Positions 19,438 through 32,805 are shown, counted from the stretch's first letter. The stretch: 64,000 nucleotides of DNA from an uncultured Planctomycetota bacterium (GCA_963841915.1 CAWJEN010000006.1:576001-640000); one strand, 5' to 3'. Numbers and translations: made by a program. Notes: generated from the sequence alone by a model not told the origin.

Positions 19438-19704
19438 GATGGCGGTTATTCAGGTTGATCAGAACGCAAAGCCGCAGGACGGCTCAACGTGGGTCAAGAT
19501 GAATGCAGATGACTCCGCATGACAAGCTCCGGCGGGCCGGCAAGATAGCGGTCGCTGTCTTGATGTCAAGCTGATTCTTGCCAGAGTTCCTCGAGAAGCT
19601 GATGAGTGGTCTGGCCATTCGTCAGCCGGTGGTCGAACCGCCGTTGGATCTGGCAGAACGCCGCCGACCACAATTGGCCGACGGCGATGGGGCATGACAG
19701 TCGT

Positions 19705-22317
<2,613 letters not shown>

Positions 22318-22442
22318 ACCAATTCAGAAACAACCAGCGTGCCGGGATGGAACCTTGATTCAGGCCAGCTAACACCGATGGGTCGAATTGCGGGCTGCCA
22401 AACTGGCATAGATGTTGGAGCACAGAGCTCACCGCTTGTGGC

Positions 22443-23576
22443 TCAGGACGAGAACACGTCGCCAAGCTGCAACACGGGCAGCAGCACCGCCAGGGCGATG
22501 AGCAACACGACGCCGCCGAGGATGACGACGATCGCCGGCTCGATCAGCGAGCCGAGTCGTTTGGCCGTGTCGTCGACGTCGGCCTCGTAGCGTTTGGCGA
22601 GTCGTAGCAGGGCGGTGTCGAGCGTGCCGGTCGTGGTGCCGACGTCGACGGTCTCAATCATCAACGGCGGCAGCGTGCCGGCGTGGCGGATCGCTTCGGC
22701 TGGGTCGTCGCCTGCGTCGACACTGGCGTGCCAACGAGCAAGCGCGTCGGCAATCTGCGTGTTGCGACACGCCTCGGCCGCTAGACCGATCGACTCAATG
22801 AGGTTCAGGCCGCACCGCACGCACGTCGCCAGCAACACCAGCGACTGAGCCAGCGCGTGTTTTTGTAGCAACGGCCCGACCACGGGGATGCTGCCTGTGA
22901 TGATGTCGAAAGAGCGCTTGCCCGAGGCCTTCCGCAGCCAGTACCGGCCGAGGAAGAAGCCGGCAACCGCGAGCAGTATCAACAGCCAGCCGTAGCTGAT
23001 CAGCAGCGTGCTGATGCCACTGACGATTACGGTCGGCAGCGGCAATGCCCGGTTCGCCTCGCGGATCGGGCCCAGAATCGTCGGCACCACGAAGGCGAAC
23101 AGCAAGAGCGTGACGACCAGCGCGATTGACAGCACCACCGCCGGGTAGGCCAAAGCCGACGTGGCCGCCTTCCGCAGCCGCGCAGCCGACTCGCGGCGAT
23201 CTGCGAGCTGGCCCAGCGCCTCTTCCATGACGCCCGCCCGCTCGGCGGCGCGTAGCGCCGCGACGTCTGCGACGCCGAACAGCGCCTCATGATCGGCCAA
23301 TGCGTCGGCCAGAGAATCACCTTCGCGAACCCGTCGAAGCAGGTCCGACAGCACGTCGGCGAATCGACCGGTAACCTGACCGGCGAGCGTGGCGATCGAA
23401 CGCCGCATGTCGATGCCAGCGTCGAGCTGCGTGGCCAACAGGCGGTAAAACTGCGCAATGTCGGCCGACTTCACGCCGCGACCACCCACGGCCGAGGCGG
23501 TGACGTCACCGATGCGCTCGCGGATGCCCGTTCGCTTGGCGTAGTCCAGCGGCGTTGGTGGAGGAAATGCGTTCAA
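22443..23576 (-). CDS. Type II secretion/type IV pilus inner-membrane platform protein (GspF/PilC family)
   Basis: Two T2SSF repeats (LATQLDAGI...AERAG; SALAYP; LIEPAIVVILGG...AVLLP). Confidence 0.88.
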   Translation of the reverse strand: MNAFPPPTPLDYAKRTGIRERIGDVTASAVGGRGVKSADIAQFYRLLATQLDAGIDMRRSIATLAGQVTGRFADVLSDLLRRVREGDSLADALADHEALFGVADVAALRAAERAGVMEEALGQLADRRESAARLRKAATSALAYPAVVLSIALVVTLLLFAFVVPTILGPIREANRALPLPTVIVSGISTLLISYGWLLILLAVAGFFLGRYWLRKASGKRSFDIITGSIPVVGPLLQKHALAQSLVLLATCVRCGLNLIESIGLAAEACRNTQIADALARWHASVDAGDDPAEAIRHAGTLPPLMIETVDVGTTTGTLDTALLRLAKRYEADVDDTAKRLGSLIEPAIVVILGGVVLLIALAVLLPVLQLGDVFSS

Positions 23577-23652
23577 AGGTGTTTCACCCTACGAAGCGTC
23601 ACGCAATGGCAGCGACCCTCGCCTCCGGTGTCATGCCTCGTAACCTCGCGGC

Positions 23653-24633
23653 ATGGCCACTTCGCACTCCGTCGGCATCATCGGCGTCAGCGGCTACGGC
23701 GGGGGCGAAGCGCTTCGGCTGTTGGCACATCACCCGCAGTTCGAGATCACGCGCGTCTACGGCAGCGGCTCGACGGGCAAGCGGGTCGGCGAATTGCACC
23801 CGGCGTTGGCGAGCGTCGCGCCCGAGGTGGCGAAGCTACAGATCGAGGCGTTCGAGCCGGAGGCGTGTGATGTCGATGCACTCGTGGCTTCAATGCCGAC
23901 CGGCAAAAGCCGGGAAGCCTTGGCCGCGGTGCCGTCGGGCGTGAAGATCGTCGATGTCGGCGGCGACCATCGCTTCGTCGACGGCTGGACCTACGGCATG
24001 GCTGATCTGTGGCCGGAGCAGGTCGCGACCGCGACACGGATCAGCAATCCTGGCTGCTACCCGACGGCGACGCTGCTGGCACTGGCACCTTTGGCCGCGG
24101 CGAAATTGATCGAGAGCGGGCCGGTCATCGTCGATGCCAAGAGCGGCGTCAGCGGCGCCGGGCGTGGCGGCGGGGAGCAGCTCGGCTACGCCGACACGAA
24201 CGAGTCGATGCACGCTTACAAGCCGCTGGTTCATGGGCACGAGCCGGAGATGGCGAGCGGTCTCGCCGCGGCGGGAAGTGACGCGGGCGTGGCGTTCGTG
24301 CCGCATTTGGTGCCGATGACGCGGGGGTTGTTGGCGACGTGTTACGTTCGATCCGCGGCTGGCGCAGCGGCGTGTGCGGAGGCGGCACGTAAGACGTATG
24401 CGGCGTCGCCGTTTGTCGTGATTAGCGATCGGCCGCCGTTGACGAAGTGGGCGAGCGGGTCGAACTTCGCGTTCGTCCACTACGCGGCTGACGAGTCGCG
24501 CCGGTTGATTGTGGCGACGTGCGCGATCGACAATCTTGGCAAGGGCGCGGCCGGTCAGGCGGTGCAGAATCTCAACCTGATGTTCGGCCTCGACGCCGCG
24601 GCAGGTCTTGCGACACTGCCGCTGTGGCCGTGA
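23653..24633 (+). CDS. argC: N-acetyl-gamma-glutamyl-phosphate reductase
   Basis: GVSGYGG.E..RLL..HP, NPGCYPTA, SGVSGAGR, FVPHLVPMTRG, IDNLGKGAAGQAVQN.N. Confidence 0.95.
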   Translation: MATSHSVGIIGVSGYGGGEALRLLAHHPQFEITRVYGSGSTGKRVGELHPALASVAPEVAKLQIEAFEPEACDVDALVASMPTGKSREALAAVPSGVKIVDVGGDHRFVDGWTYGMADLWPEQVATATRISNPGCYPTATLLALAPLAAAKLIESGPVIVDAKSGVSGAGRGGGEQLGYADTNESMHAYKPLVHGHEPEMASGLAAAGSDAGVAFVPHLVPMTRGLLATCYVRSAAGAAACAEAARKTYAASPFVVISDRPPLTKWASGSNFAFVHYAADESRRLIVATCAIDNLGKGAAGQAVQNLNLMFGLDAAAGLATLPLWP

Positions 24634-24642
24634 TCGATCAAT

Positions 24643-25488
24643 TTACAGCAGTTCGGCGAGGCCTGCGTAGAAGTCGAGCCGGTCGAGGTCGACTGTGTCG
24701 GGGCCGTACCAGTTTCCAAAGACACGGATGACGTCTTCGCGGCCACCGTTGAAGCGGAGCGAGCGGTTGGCCGTCGCCAGATCCAGGTGTCGGTCGGCGA
24801 CGCAAAGCTCGCCCAGATCGATAAGCCCCGTGCGGTCGCCTAAGTCGGCCAACACGTTGGGCAGACAGTAATCGGCATGACTGACAACGTAGTCGGCGTC
24901 GGTCGGCACACGTTTCTGCAGCTTCGCAAGCAGCTTGGCCGCCGCCTTGGGATCGCCACCGACACGAAGGTTGCTGGAGTTGACAGACCCGTTGGCGACA
25001 CGCTTTTCGGCGGTTGCAATGAGATCATCAGGTGATTGCTTCGCCAGACCGTCGGTCGGGCGGCCGTGCAGCCAGCGGAGCGCGTTGCCCATGAGGCGAC
25101 CAACACGGATCGGCGTCTCGGCCATCGCCTCGTGCAACGGTCGCCCGGGAACAGCCGTGGTCAGCAGATACGACCACGTTCCGGCCACCAAGCCGGCTTT
25201 GCCAGCCTCTACACGGCGTTGTTCGAAGGCAAGGATCGACGGCACGTTCGGGTCAATGTCCGGATCCGTCCGGCTCACGAGCCAGCCGATGCGGTCACGT
25301 TCGTCGCACAACGGACAGTCTCTGCCCTCGGCCGCGAAAAACACCTTGAGAAATACGGGCCCGCTCTCGCCTTCGATGTGAAAGACGTCGGCACCCGAGC
25401 AGCCGTGGTGTCTGCGGCCGACGTCGGCCTTCAGGTGTGCACGGACCGACTCGGGAACATGACTCGGCAGGGGCGTCGGCAGCGGCAT
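24643..25488 (-). CDS. Aminoglycoside 3'-phosphotransferase-like kinase
   Basis: G.SGADVF, FLK, E..R..WL, VVSHADYCLPNVL, LIDLG....ADRH.DLA, FY..L.EL C-terminus. Confidence 0.8.
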   Translation of the reverse strand: MPLPTPLPSHVPESVRAHLKADVGRRHHGCSGADVFHIEGESGPVFLKVFFAAEGRDCPLCDERDRIGWLVSRTDPDIDPNVPSILAFEQRRVEAGKAGLVAGTWSYLLTTAVPGRPLHEAMAETPIRVGRLMGNALRWLHGRPTDGLAKQSPDDLIATAEKRVANGSVNSSNLRVGGDPKAAAKLLAKLQKRVPTDADYVVSHADYCLPNVLADLGDRTGLIDLGELCVADRHLDLATANRSLRFNGGREDVIRVFGNWYGPDTVDLDRLDFYAGLAELL

Positions 25489-25656
25489 ACAGCGGGGCGC
25501 GTCGGTGGTGGAAAGACACGCGGCAGGTCGCCAGCACCGTAGGTCGTCCGTCGCCCGGCGACGAAACACCTGCCAACGCTGTCGGTCGAGTGTCGCACGC
25601 ACCCGCCGCCGTCGTTCGGGACGACTGGCAGACAAAACGTCGAATGGGTCCGGCAA

Positions 25657-25695
25657 CAAGAACACGCGCCCCGCTGCATCGGCAAGCGGGGCGCG
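25657..25695 (-). terminator. Probable terminator of the lipoprotein gene
   Basis: CGCGCCCCGCT/AGCGGGGCGCG 11-bp stem with a T-rich tail on the minus strand. Confidence 0.6.
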
Positions 25696-25718
25696 CGACT
25701 TGATCAGCGAAGCTCAAG

Positions 25719-26141
25719 CTACTTCTGCAAGCCCCAACGGGCGTAGAAGGCGTCCTTCAACGCGTTGTCACCCAGGACCGTGATGCCGGGGATCGGGCTC
25801 TTGCTGCCCATAATCTTAAAGTCTTCGCCGCTGATCTTGCCGCTGTCGGCGACGGCGGCGAGGTCCTGGTCCTCGGGGATGACGACGAGCAGGCGGTTGC
25901 CCTCCGTGCTCTTGACCTCGGCGTAGCCAGGCGTCTCGTAGACGACCGCCCCGGCCTCTGCGTCAGTAAAGTCGCTGGGCTTGCCCATCTGCATGTCGAC
26001 GGCCATCTTGCCCTCGCTCAATTCCATCTCCTCGCCGTCGACGACGATCAGGTCGTCATTGTCGTTGGATGAGTTGGACGAACAGCCGGCGGTGACGAGA
26101 GCGGCGGCAAAGAGGGCGGCGGTGGTGAGGCGGTGGTTCAT
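25719..26141 (-). CDS. Hypothetical lipoprotein
   Basis: Lipobox (AALVTAG-C) after MNHRLTTAALF; divergent from pstS. Confidence 0.75.
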   Translation of the reverse strand: MNHRLTTAALFAAALVTAGCSSNSSNDNDDLIVVDGEEMELSEGKMAVDMQMGKPSDFTDAEAGAVVYETPGYAEVKSTEGNRLLVVIPEDQDLAAVADSGKISGEDFKIMGSKSPIPGITVLGDNALKDAFYARWGLQK

Positions 26142-26406
26142 GTGCTGGTGGTGCAGGTGCTTGGCGACGGAATCGTTGGACAAGCGTCCGTCGCGGCCAG
26201 TGTTGTCAGGTCGTCGCTCGCTCGCCAGCACGCGATGTTAATGTTCCGTGAATCCGGCAATCGGGCCGACCAATTCACGCTTCGACCTAAACAAGCCTCA
26301 GCTCCAACGCTCATCAAACCCTAACGGGCCTGCTTCTACTCTGCGAACGTCCAAGGTTGCGGCACCTGTCGCCGCGACGCCTAGGCCGACCCTCGTTACG
26401 CAGATT

Positions 26407-27384
26407 ATGACCAACACCACCACGTTTAAGCGCATCACCACCGCCGCCCTGACGGCTGTGGCCACCCTCGCCGTCGGCGCCCACGCCGCCAGCGAGATCG
26501 ATCCCAACCTGCCCAAGTACGAACAAGCCAGCGGCGTCAGCGGTGACCTCCGCAGCGTCGGTAGCGACACGCTGTCCAACCTCATGACGCGGTGGGGCGA
26601 AAAGTTCTACGGCTATTACCCGCAGATCAGCTTCGAGGCCGAGTCTAAGGGCTCCAGCACCGCACCGCCCGCACTCATCGAAGGCATTGCCGAGATGGGT
26701 CCGATGAGCCGGCGGATGAAGGGCGAAGAGGAAGACAAGTTCCGCGACGAGTTCGGGTACGAGCCGACGCTTGTCCGCACCGGCATCGATGCCATCGCCG
26801 TCTTCGTCCACAAGGACAATCCGGTCGAGAGCCTTACTGTCGAAGACCTCAAGAGCATCTACAGCGTCGAAGGCGCAGAGGGCATCACGTGGGGCGACGT
26901 CGGTGTGACCGACGCCGCCTTCAAGGACCAACCGATCAGCCTCTACGGCCGCAACGCCGCCAGTGGCACCTACGGCTACTTCAAGGAAGCGGCCCTCGGC
27001 AAGATCGACTTCAAGCCGACCGTTAAAGAGCAGCCCGGCAGCTCCGCCGTCGTGCAAGGCACCGGTAGCGACCGCTTCGGAGTCGGTTATTCGGGTGTCG
27101 GCTATGCGACGCCGAACGTCAAGGCCGTTCCAATCATCGGTGCCGACGGCAACGCCTACGACCCGCTCAGCGAGGACGACGTCTACAGCGACAACTACCC
27201 GCTGGCACGGTTCCTGTACATCTACGTCAACAAGGCCCCGAACCAGCCGCTCGACCGCAACGTCGGCGAGTTCATGAAACTCATCCTCTCCCAGGAGGGC
27301 CAGGAAGTCGTCGCACAGGAGAACTTCTACCCGCTCTCGGCCTTTATCGCCGAGGAAGAGCTGGCCAAGCTCGGGCTGAAGTAG
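26407..27384 (+). CDS. pstS: Phosphate ABC transporter substrate-binding protein
   Basis: Signal peptide; SVGSDTL, KGSSTAPPAL, DAIAVFVHKDNP, GRNAASGTYGYF, YPLARFLYIY. Confidence 0.95.
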   Translation: MTNTTTFKRITTAALTAVATLAVGAHAASEIDPNLPKYEQASGVSGDLRSVGSDTLSNLMTRWGEKFYGYYPQISFEAESKGSSTAPPALIEGIAEMGPMSRRMKGEEEDKFRDEFGYEPTLVRTGIDAIAVFVHKDNPVESLTVEDLKSIYSVEGAEGITWGDVGVTDAAFKDQPISLYGRNAASGTYGYFKEAALGKIDFKPTVKEQPGSSAVVQGTGSDRFGVGYSGVGYATPNVKAVPIIGADGNAYDPLSEDDVYSDNYPLARFLYIYVNKAPNQPLDRNVGEFMKLILSQEGQEVVAQENFYPLSAFIAEEELAKLGLK

Positions 27385-27460
27385 ATGTTGCTCTTTGTAC
27401 CTGAGCGTGGCGACGGTTAATGCCGTTGCCACGCCTTCTGGGAATGACCTGCTGCCGTCT

Positions 27461-30388
27461 ATGGCCGACACGAATCAAGACGAACAGACCAGCGGCTACG
27501 GCGGCGCCTTCACCGGGCGGCCGCGCAGGCGAACGACGCGCACCAGTGTCAAGGTCATCGACGCCGTCGCCAAGTACGGCATCACGGCAGGCGGGCTCGG
27601 CGTCATCGGCGCGCTCGCGCTCATCATGGTCTTTCTCGTGTCGGTTGTCGTGCCGTTGTTCGGCGACGCCGAGGTGGAAGGACAACTCGCGACGGACCTG
27701 CCGCCGAGCGATGGCAGACCCGTCGCCATGGCGCTCGATCGCAACCTCCGGGCGGCCTGGACGCTCAGCGCCGAGGGGAGCTTGCAATCGCTCATGGTCG
27801 AACCTGCCGACGACGAGGATGCACCGGGTCGCGTGACACCGGTCGCCACGCAAATGCTCGGTGGCGACGGGACGATCACCGCCAAGTCCGTAGACAAGGA
27901 CGCGATCGCCCTGGGCTTTGCCTCGGGCAAAGTGATGCTCGGCACGATCGGCTTTTCGCTGGACTACCTCAACGAGCGGCCGACGGAGCTGCGCCATCTG
28001 GAGTACGGCCAGGCGGTCAGCTACGACGGTGGCGTGGCCGACCTGACGCGGCAAGGCACGGTCCGCCTGACCAAGCTCGACGCACAGCTGGCCGACCCGA
28101 TTGATCTGCTCGAAGGTGGCCTGGTAGAGCAGCAGCCCATCACGCACATCGACTACGCGGGCGGAGCCGGCTACGGCGGCGGGACCGCGGTGCTCGCCGC
28201 ACGCCTGCAGGACGGCCGACTGTTCTGGGCGCAGTCGACGACCAAGCGGGACATGCGGACGGGTGAGCCGCGGACGACGCTGCGTCGCTATGAGCTGCCG
28301 TCGCCTCAGCGTCACGACGCCGACGCCGAAGTCGCCGGCCTCATGCTCGGCCGCGAGGGTGACTTTGTCTTCCTGCTTTTCGCCGACGGTCACCTTGTCT
28401 GGTACGACGCGACGGCCCTCAAGAAGGTGCGACGCGGGGTCGAGCCGCAAGCGATCATCGCCCAGGAGCTCGACACGCTCGACGCAAACTTGAGCGTCTC
28501 CGCCGCCGAGATGTTGGCCGGTGACTACACGCTGATTGTGGCCGACTCCGAAGGCGGCGTCAGCGGCTGGTTCCCAGCTGCGCCTGCCGAGGAGGGTGGC
28601 AGCTGGTCGGTCGAGCAGGTGCACGTCCTTGAACCTCAGCCGGCGCCGATCACGTCGATCAGCGTCAGCCAGCGCGACCGGCAGTTCCTCACCGGCGACG
28701 CCGATGGCAACGTGTGGCTGCGTCACATGACGAGCAATACGACGCAGGCGAAGCTCGATGGGGCTCGCGGCAACATCGTGGTCTCGGCAACGGCTCCGTC
28801 GATGGACGCAGCCGCAGTCATTACGGCCGACGGTCAGCTCGCGATGTGGCAGCTCGACAATCCGCACGCCGACGGCAAGCTGCGTCAGCTGTTTCTGCCG
28901 GTGCACTACGAAGGTCGGGCGGCTGAGAGCTTTGTGTACCAGTCGAGCAGTGCCGGTGACGACGCCGAGCCCAAGTACAGCCTCGTCCCGCTCGTGTGGG
29001 GCACGATGAAGGCGACCATCTACGCGATGTTGTTCGCAACGCCGATCGCGATCCTGGCGGCGATCTACTCCAGCGAGTTCATGCAGCCGGGCGTGCGGAG
29101 CGTGGTGAAACCGGGCATCGAGATGATGGCCGGCTTGCCGTCGGTCGTGCTCGGATACATCGCAGCTCAGGTGCTCGCGCCGTTCGCCGAAGACGTGCTG
29201 GGCGGCTTGCTGGTGACGTTCGCGGCAGTGCCGGTGGGCGTGATGGTATTTGGCTTCCTCTGGCAGCTCGTGCCACCGAGCGAGGTGAACAGGCAGGGCG
29301 GCTTCTGGGCGCTGGGCGGCCTCGGGCTCGTCGGCTTGGCCGGCCTTTTCTTCTTCGGCGGTACGGTGCCGATGCCAGTCGTGATTGTCTTCGTTGTACT
29401 CGCGGCGATTCTGGCCGGCTTTGTCTTCGGTATGGGCGAAGACGTTGGGCCGTTCATGCCGTTCATCGTGATGGCCGAGCTGGTGTTGGCGAGCATCCTC
29501 CTCGGTCTGGCGCTCGGCCCGGCGTTTGAGGCGATCCTCTTCGGTGGCGACCTGCGTGGCTGGCTGCGGGGCGACCCGAGCGGCTGGGTCGCACAGATGC
29601 CTTTGTGGTTCCAGGCCGTTCCCGGCTGGACGTTGCTGCTGACGCCGATCCTGACGGTAACGCTCGTGCTCGTCTTCAACCTCTACGTCCGTCCGAACAT
29701 GAAGCTGTTCGACGGCGTGAACCGGTCGCGGACGCAAATCGCCGTCATTGATCTCATTCGCTTCGTCGTCATCGGCATCGTCGGCCTGCTCGCCGCCGCC
29801 GCGGTTGGCAGCCTGTTCAGCCTCATCGGCGAGTGGACCGGTTACCGCTTCGACCTTCGAAGTGATCCGCTCGACCCGCTCACGGGCGGCGTCGTCGACT
29901 CCAACGGCGTCTTCGGCAGCTTCGACCCGCGCAACGCGCTCAACGTCGGCATGATCATGGGATTTGCTATCATCCCGATCATCTACACCGTCAGCGAAGA
30001 CGCCTTGACGGCCGTGCCCAACACGTTGCGGTCGGCGAGCCTCGGTGCCGGCGCGACGCCGTGGCAGACGGCCATTCGCGTCGTGCTGCCGGTGGCGATC
30101 AGCGGCATTTTCTCGGCCTGCATGATCGGCCTCGGCCGCGCGGTCGGTGAGACGATGATCGTCCTGATGGCTGCCGGTAATACGGCCACCATGAACCTCA
30201 ACGTCTTCGACGGCATGCGAACCCTCGCCGCCAACGTGGCGACGGAAATGCCCGAAGCGCCGCAGGGCGGCACGCACTATCGCATCCTGTTTCTCAGCGG
30301 CGTCGTGCTGTTCGCGATGACGTTCCTCGTGAACACGGCCGCGGAATTCGTTCGCATCCGCTTCAGAAAGAGGGCGTTTCAGCTGTAA
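27461..30388 (+). CDS. pstC: Phosphate ABC transporter permease PstC with large extracytoplasmic (beta-propeller-like) insertion
   Basis: PLVWGT.KA, KP.IE.MA.LPSVV.G, SEDAL.AVP..LR.AS..LGAT.WQT, GRAVGETMIV. Confidence 0.93.
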   Translation: MADTNQDEQTSGYGGAFTGRPRRRTTRTSVKVIDAVAKYGITAGGLGVIGALALIMVFLVSVVVPLFGDAEVEGQLATDLPPSDGRPVAMALDRNLRAAWTLSAEGSLQSLMVEPADDEDAPGRVTPVATQMLGGDGTITAKSVDKDAIALGFASGKVMLGTIGFSLDYLNERPTELRHLEYGQAVSYDGGVADLTRQGTVRLTKLDAQLADPIDLLEGGLVEQQPITHIDYAGGAGYGGGTAVLAARLQDGRLFWAQSTTKRDMRTGEPRTTLRRYELPSPQRHDADAEVAGLMLGREGDFVFLLFADGHLVWYDATALKKVRRGVEPQAIIAQELDTLDANLSVSAAEMLAGDYTLIVADSEGGVSGWFPAAPAEEGGSWSVEQVHVLEPQPAPITSISVSQRDRQFLTGDADGNVWLRHMTSNTTQAKLDGARGNIVVSATAPSMDAAAVITADGQLAMWQLDNPHADGKLRQLFLPVHYEGRAAESFVYQSSSAGDDAEPKYSLVPLVWGTMKATIYAMLFATPIAILAAIYSSEFMQPGVRSVVKPGIEMMAGLPSVVLGYIAAQVLAPFAEDVLGGLLVTFAAVPVGVMVFGFLWQLVPPSEVNRQGGFWALGGLGLVGLAGLFFFGGTVPMPVVIVFVVLAAILAGFVFGMGEDVGPFMPFIVMAELVLASILLGLALGPAFEAILFGGDLRGWLRGDPSGWVAQMPLWFQAVPGWTLLLTPILTVTLVLVFNLYVRPNMKLFDGVNRSRTQIAVIDLIRFVVIGIVGLLAAAAVGSLFSLIGEWTGYRFDLRSDPLDPLTGGVVDSNGVFGSFDPRNALNVGMIMGFAIIPIIYTVSEDALTAVPNTLRSASLGAGATPWQTAIRVVLPVAISGIFSACMIGLGRAVGETMIVLMAAGNTATMNLNVFDGMRTLAANVATEMPEAPQGGTHYRILFLSGVVLFAMTFLVNTAAEFVRIRFRKRAFQL

Positions 30389-30391
30389 CCG

Positions 30392-32794
30392 ATGGCCAGG
30401 CAAGATCAGCAAACTTCGGGTGCGTCTACCGCCGCCGCTTTGGGTGGCAGGCGTCGTCGGACGTCACTCGCGGCGCGTGGTCAGCCGGCCGTCTGGCTCA
30501 CCGGCGGGGCGGCAGCATTGTCTGTGCTCATGATCGTCGGCCTGTTCGTCCTGGTCGGCGTCTACGGCTTCGGCACGTTCTGGCCGCAGCCGGTCGAACG
30601 CGTTACGTATGAGGCCAAAGGCATGAACGGCCCGGCCACCATCGTCGGCGAGGCGTTCCGTCACGACGTGCAGTTCGTCAACGAAGAACTTGCCGGCCCG
30701 AACGACAGCGACGGTCAGCCGACGCCACTCGATATCAACGACGACGGCCTCATCGAACCACAGGCCGCCATCGACCTGACGCTTTGGCGTACAGGTAATC
30801 GCGACCTTGACACCGGCACGAGCAACTTCGCCTGGGTCCCCGACTACGCGGTGAGCGGCAAGGAATTGCCGAACGACGTGCTCATCGTCGAGCGACAAGT
30901 CGACGGCCGGGCGATCGGTCGGCTCGACGCTGTTGCCATCGACGGGCGTTTGTACGAAGGCTTCGACGCGGCCTGGCCTGCGATGCAGAGCGTGCTCGGC
31001 GATGTCCGTGAGCTGGGCCGCCGCATCGAGGCTATCAAGTCGGAGCGCGGCAACATCGGCGAGGATCGGAAGGTCATTGAAGACCGCCTTGCTGCCGCGA
31101 CGGGTGAAGATCTTGACAATGACGCCGAGCGGCCGGACGTGAGTCAGGAAGATGTTGCCAGGGCTGTCGAACGATCTATCACGGAGACGGCAGAGCTGCA
31201 AGAGCGTGACCGCAATCTTGTCGCCGAGCAGACGACACTCGAGGCCGAGGTCAGCCGATACCGCTTGTTCCTTCGCGACGAATCAGGGCAGATTCTCAGC
31301 GCCAGTCGGACGGGGCGGACGTTCAATGTGTCGGCCCGAACCGTCCTGCCTGCCGACGTGGCTAGCAACGTCGTCGGCGTGAAGCTCATCGACTTCGACG
31401 GCAACACCACGCCCGCCGACCCGACGACGCCGATCATGGGGCTCGAGTCGATGGCGTCGCAGGCCCAGAAGCCGGGTGCCGTCGTCATCAAGCCCAAAGG
31501 CGACACACGGCCGGCGTTGCAGTTCGTCGATGCGTCCGGCAACGACGTCGGAGAACCGTACCTGCTTGCCCCGCGCGCGATCGTCGTTGTCACCGACGGT
31601 GAAGCAGTCGCCGCCGGAAAGCGGGTCGCGATCGAGCCGTTGGCGATGACCATCGGTCAAGTCGTCCACGCTTACCCGCCCAATCAGCTCGGCTTCTTCG
31701 GCAAGCTCGGCGTCTATGGCTCGCGGTGGTGGGAGTTTCTTACGGACAACCCGCGCGACGCCAACATGGAGGGCGGCGTCTGGCCGCACATCGTCGGCAC
31801 CGTGCTGCTGACGTTCATCATGATCGTGTTCGTCGTCCCGATCGGCGTGATCGCCGCGATCTACCTGCGTGAGTACGCGAGGCAGGGGCCGCTGGTAAGC
31901 CTCGTGCGAATCTGCGTCAACAACCTGGCAGGTGTGCCGAGCATCGTCTACGGCGTGTTTGGACTGGGCTTCTTCTGCTACGGCGTGGGCGGTTGGATCG
32001 ACGGCGGTGCGGCGGGCGCGGGTGTCTCACCGCTGGCGGTTGAGACGTGGGTGCTCTGGCTCGGCATTGCCGTTGTGGCGACGGCCATCGCAATCGGTCT
32101 GGGCAGCCTGGCCGCCCGGGCCGACAAAGGTGCAGCCAGCGACGAATCGACGCTGCCGAAGCTGTTCCGTTTCGCCGCCGCCGCGGCCTGGGCTGCCAGC
32201 GCTGCCATCGTCTTCTACTACGTCATTGCCAGCATCCCGACGGACTTGTTCGGCGGGTTCTTCCCCGACACGGTCGCCAGCGGATCGAGCGAATGGAAGG
32301 GCCAGGCCTTGCTGTGGGCGTCGTTGACGCTCGCGTTGCTCACGCTGCCGGTTGTGATCGTCGCTACCGAAGAAGCCCTCGCCGCCGTGCCGCGTTCGAT
32401 GCGTGAGGGCAGCTACGCGTGCGGGGCGAGCAAGTGGCAAACGATCTTTCGCATCGTCCTGCCGCGGGCGATGCCGGGGATTATGACGGGTGCCATTCTG
32501 GCCATTGCCCGCGGGGCCGGCGAGGTCGCGCCGATCATGCTGGTCGGCGCGCTCAAGAACGTCGGCGACCTGCCGTTGAACACTGAGGCGCCGTACGTGC
32601 ACCTGGATCAGGCGTTCATGCACCTGGGCTTTCACATCTTCGACCTGGGCTTCCAGAGTCCTGATGCCGAGGCCGCCCGGTCGATGGTCTACACGACGAC
32701 GCTGCTGCTCATCGTGATTGTGCTGATGCTGAATCTGACTGCGATCTGGCTGCGTAGCCGCCTGCGTCGCGCGTTCGCCGGTGGTGCTTTTTGA
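30392..32794 (+). CDS. pstA: Phosphate ABC transporter permease PstA with large insertions
   Basis: [51 protein letters not shown]. Confidence 0.93.
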   Translation: MARQDQQTSGASTAAALGGRRRRTSLAARGQPAVWLTGGAAALSVLMIVGLFVLVGVYGFGTFWPQPVERVTYEAKGMNGPATIVGEAFRHDVQFVNEELAGPNDSDGQPTPLDINDDGLIEPQAAIDLTLWRTGNRDLDTGTSNFAWVPDYAVSGKELPNDVLIVERQVDGRAIGRLDAVAIDGRLYEGFDAAWPAMQSVLGDVRELGRRIEAIKSERGNIGEDRKVIEDRLAAATGEDLDNDAERPDVSQEDVARAVERSITETAELQERDRNLVAEQTTLEAEVSRYRLFLRDESGQILSASRTGRTFNVSARTVLPADVASNVVGVKLIDFDGNTTPADPTTPIMGLESMASQAQKPGAVVIKPKGDTRPALQFVDASGNDVGEPYLLAPRAIVVVTDGEAVAAGKRVAIEPLAMTIGQVVHAYPPNQLGFFGKLGVYGSRWWEFLTDNPRDANMEGGVWPHIVGTVLLTFIMIVFVVPIGVIAAIYLREYARQGPLVSLVRICVNNLAGVPSIVYGVFGLGFFCYGVGGWIDGGAAGAGVSPLAVETWVLWLGIAVVATAIAIGLGSLAARADKGAASDESTLPKLFRFAAAAAWAASAAIVFYYVIASIPTDLFGGFFPDTVASGSSEWKGQALLWASLTLALLTLPVVIVATEEALAAVPRSMREGSYACGASKWQTIFRIVLPRAMPGIMTGAILAIARGAGEVAPIMLVGALKNVGDLPLNTEAPYVHLDQAFMHLGFHIFDLGFQSPDAEAARSMVYTTTLLLIVIVLMLNLTAIWLRSRLRRAFAGGAF

Positions 32795-32805
32795 AGGAGA
32801 TCCGT

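Noticed and set aside
22318..22442. CIRCE or sigma-54 element upstream of clpB
   Set aside because: No TTAGCACTC-N9-GAGTGCTAA; the only TGGCA...TTG-like match is imperfect and on the wrong strand.
27344..30412. 1022-aa antisense ORF
   Set aside because: Shadow of pstC caused by high-GC codon bias; no recognisable motifs.
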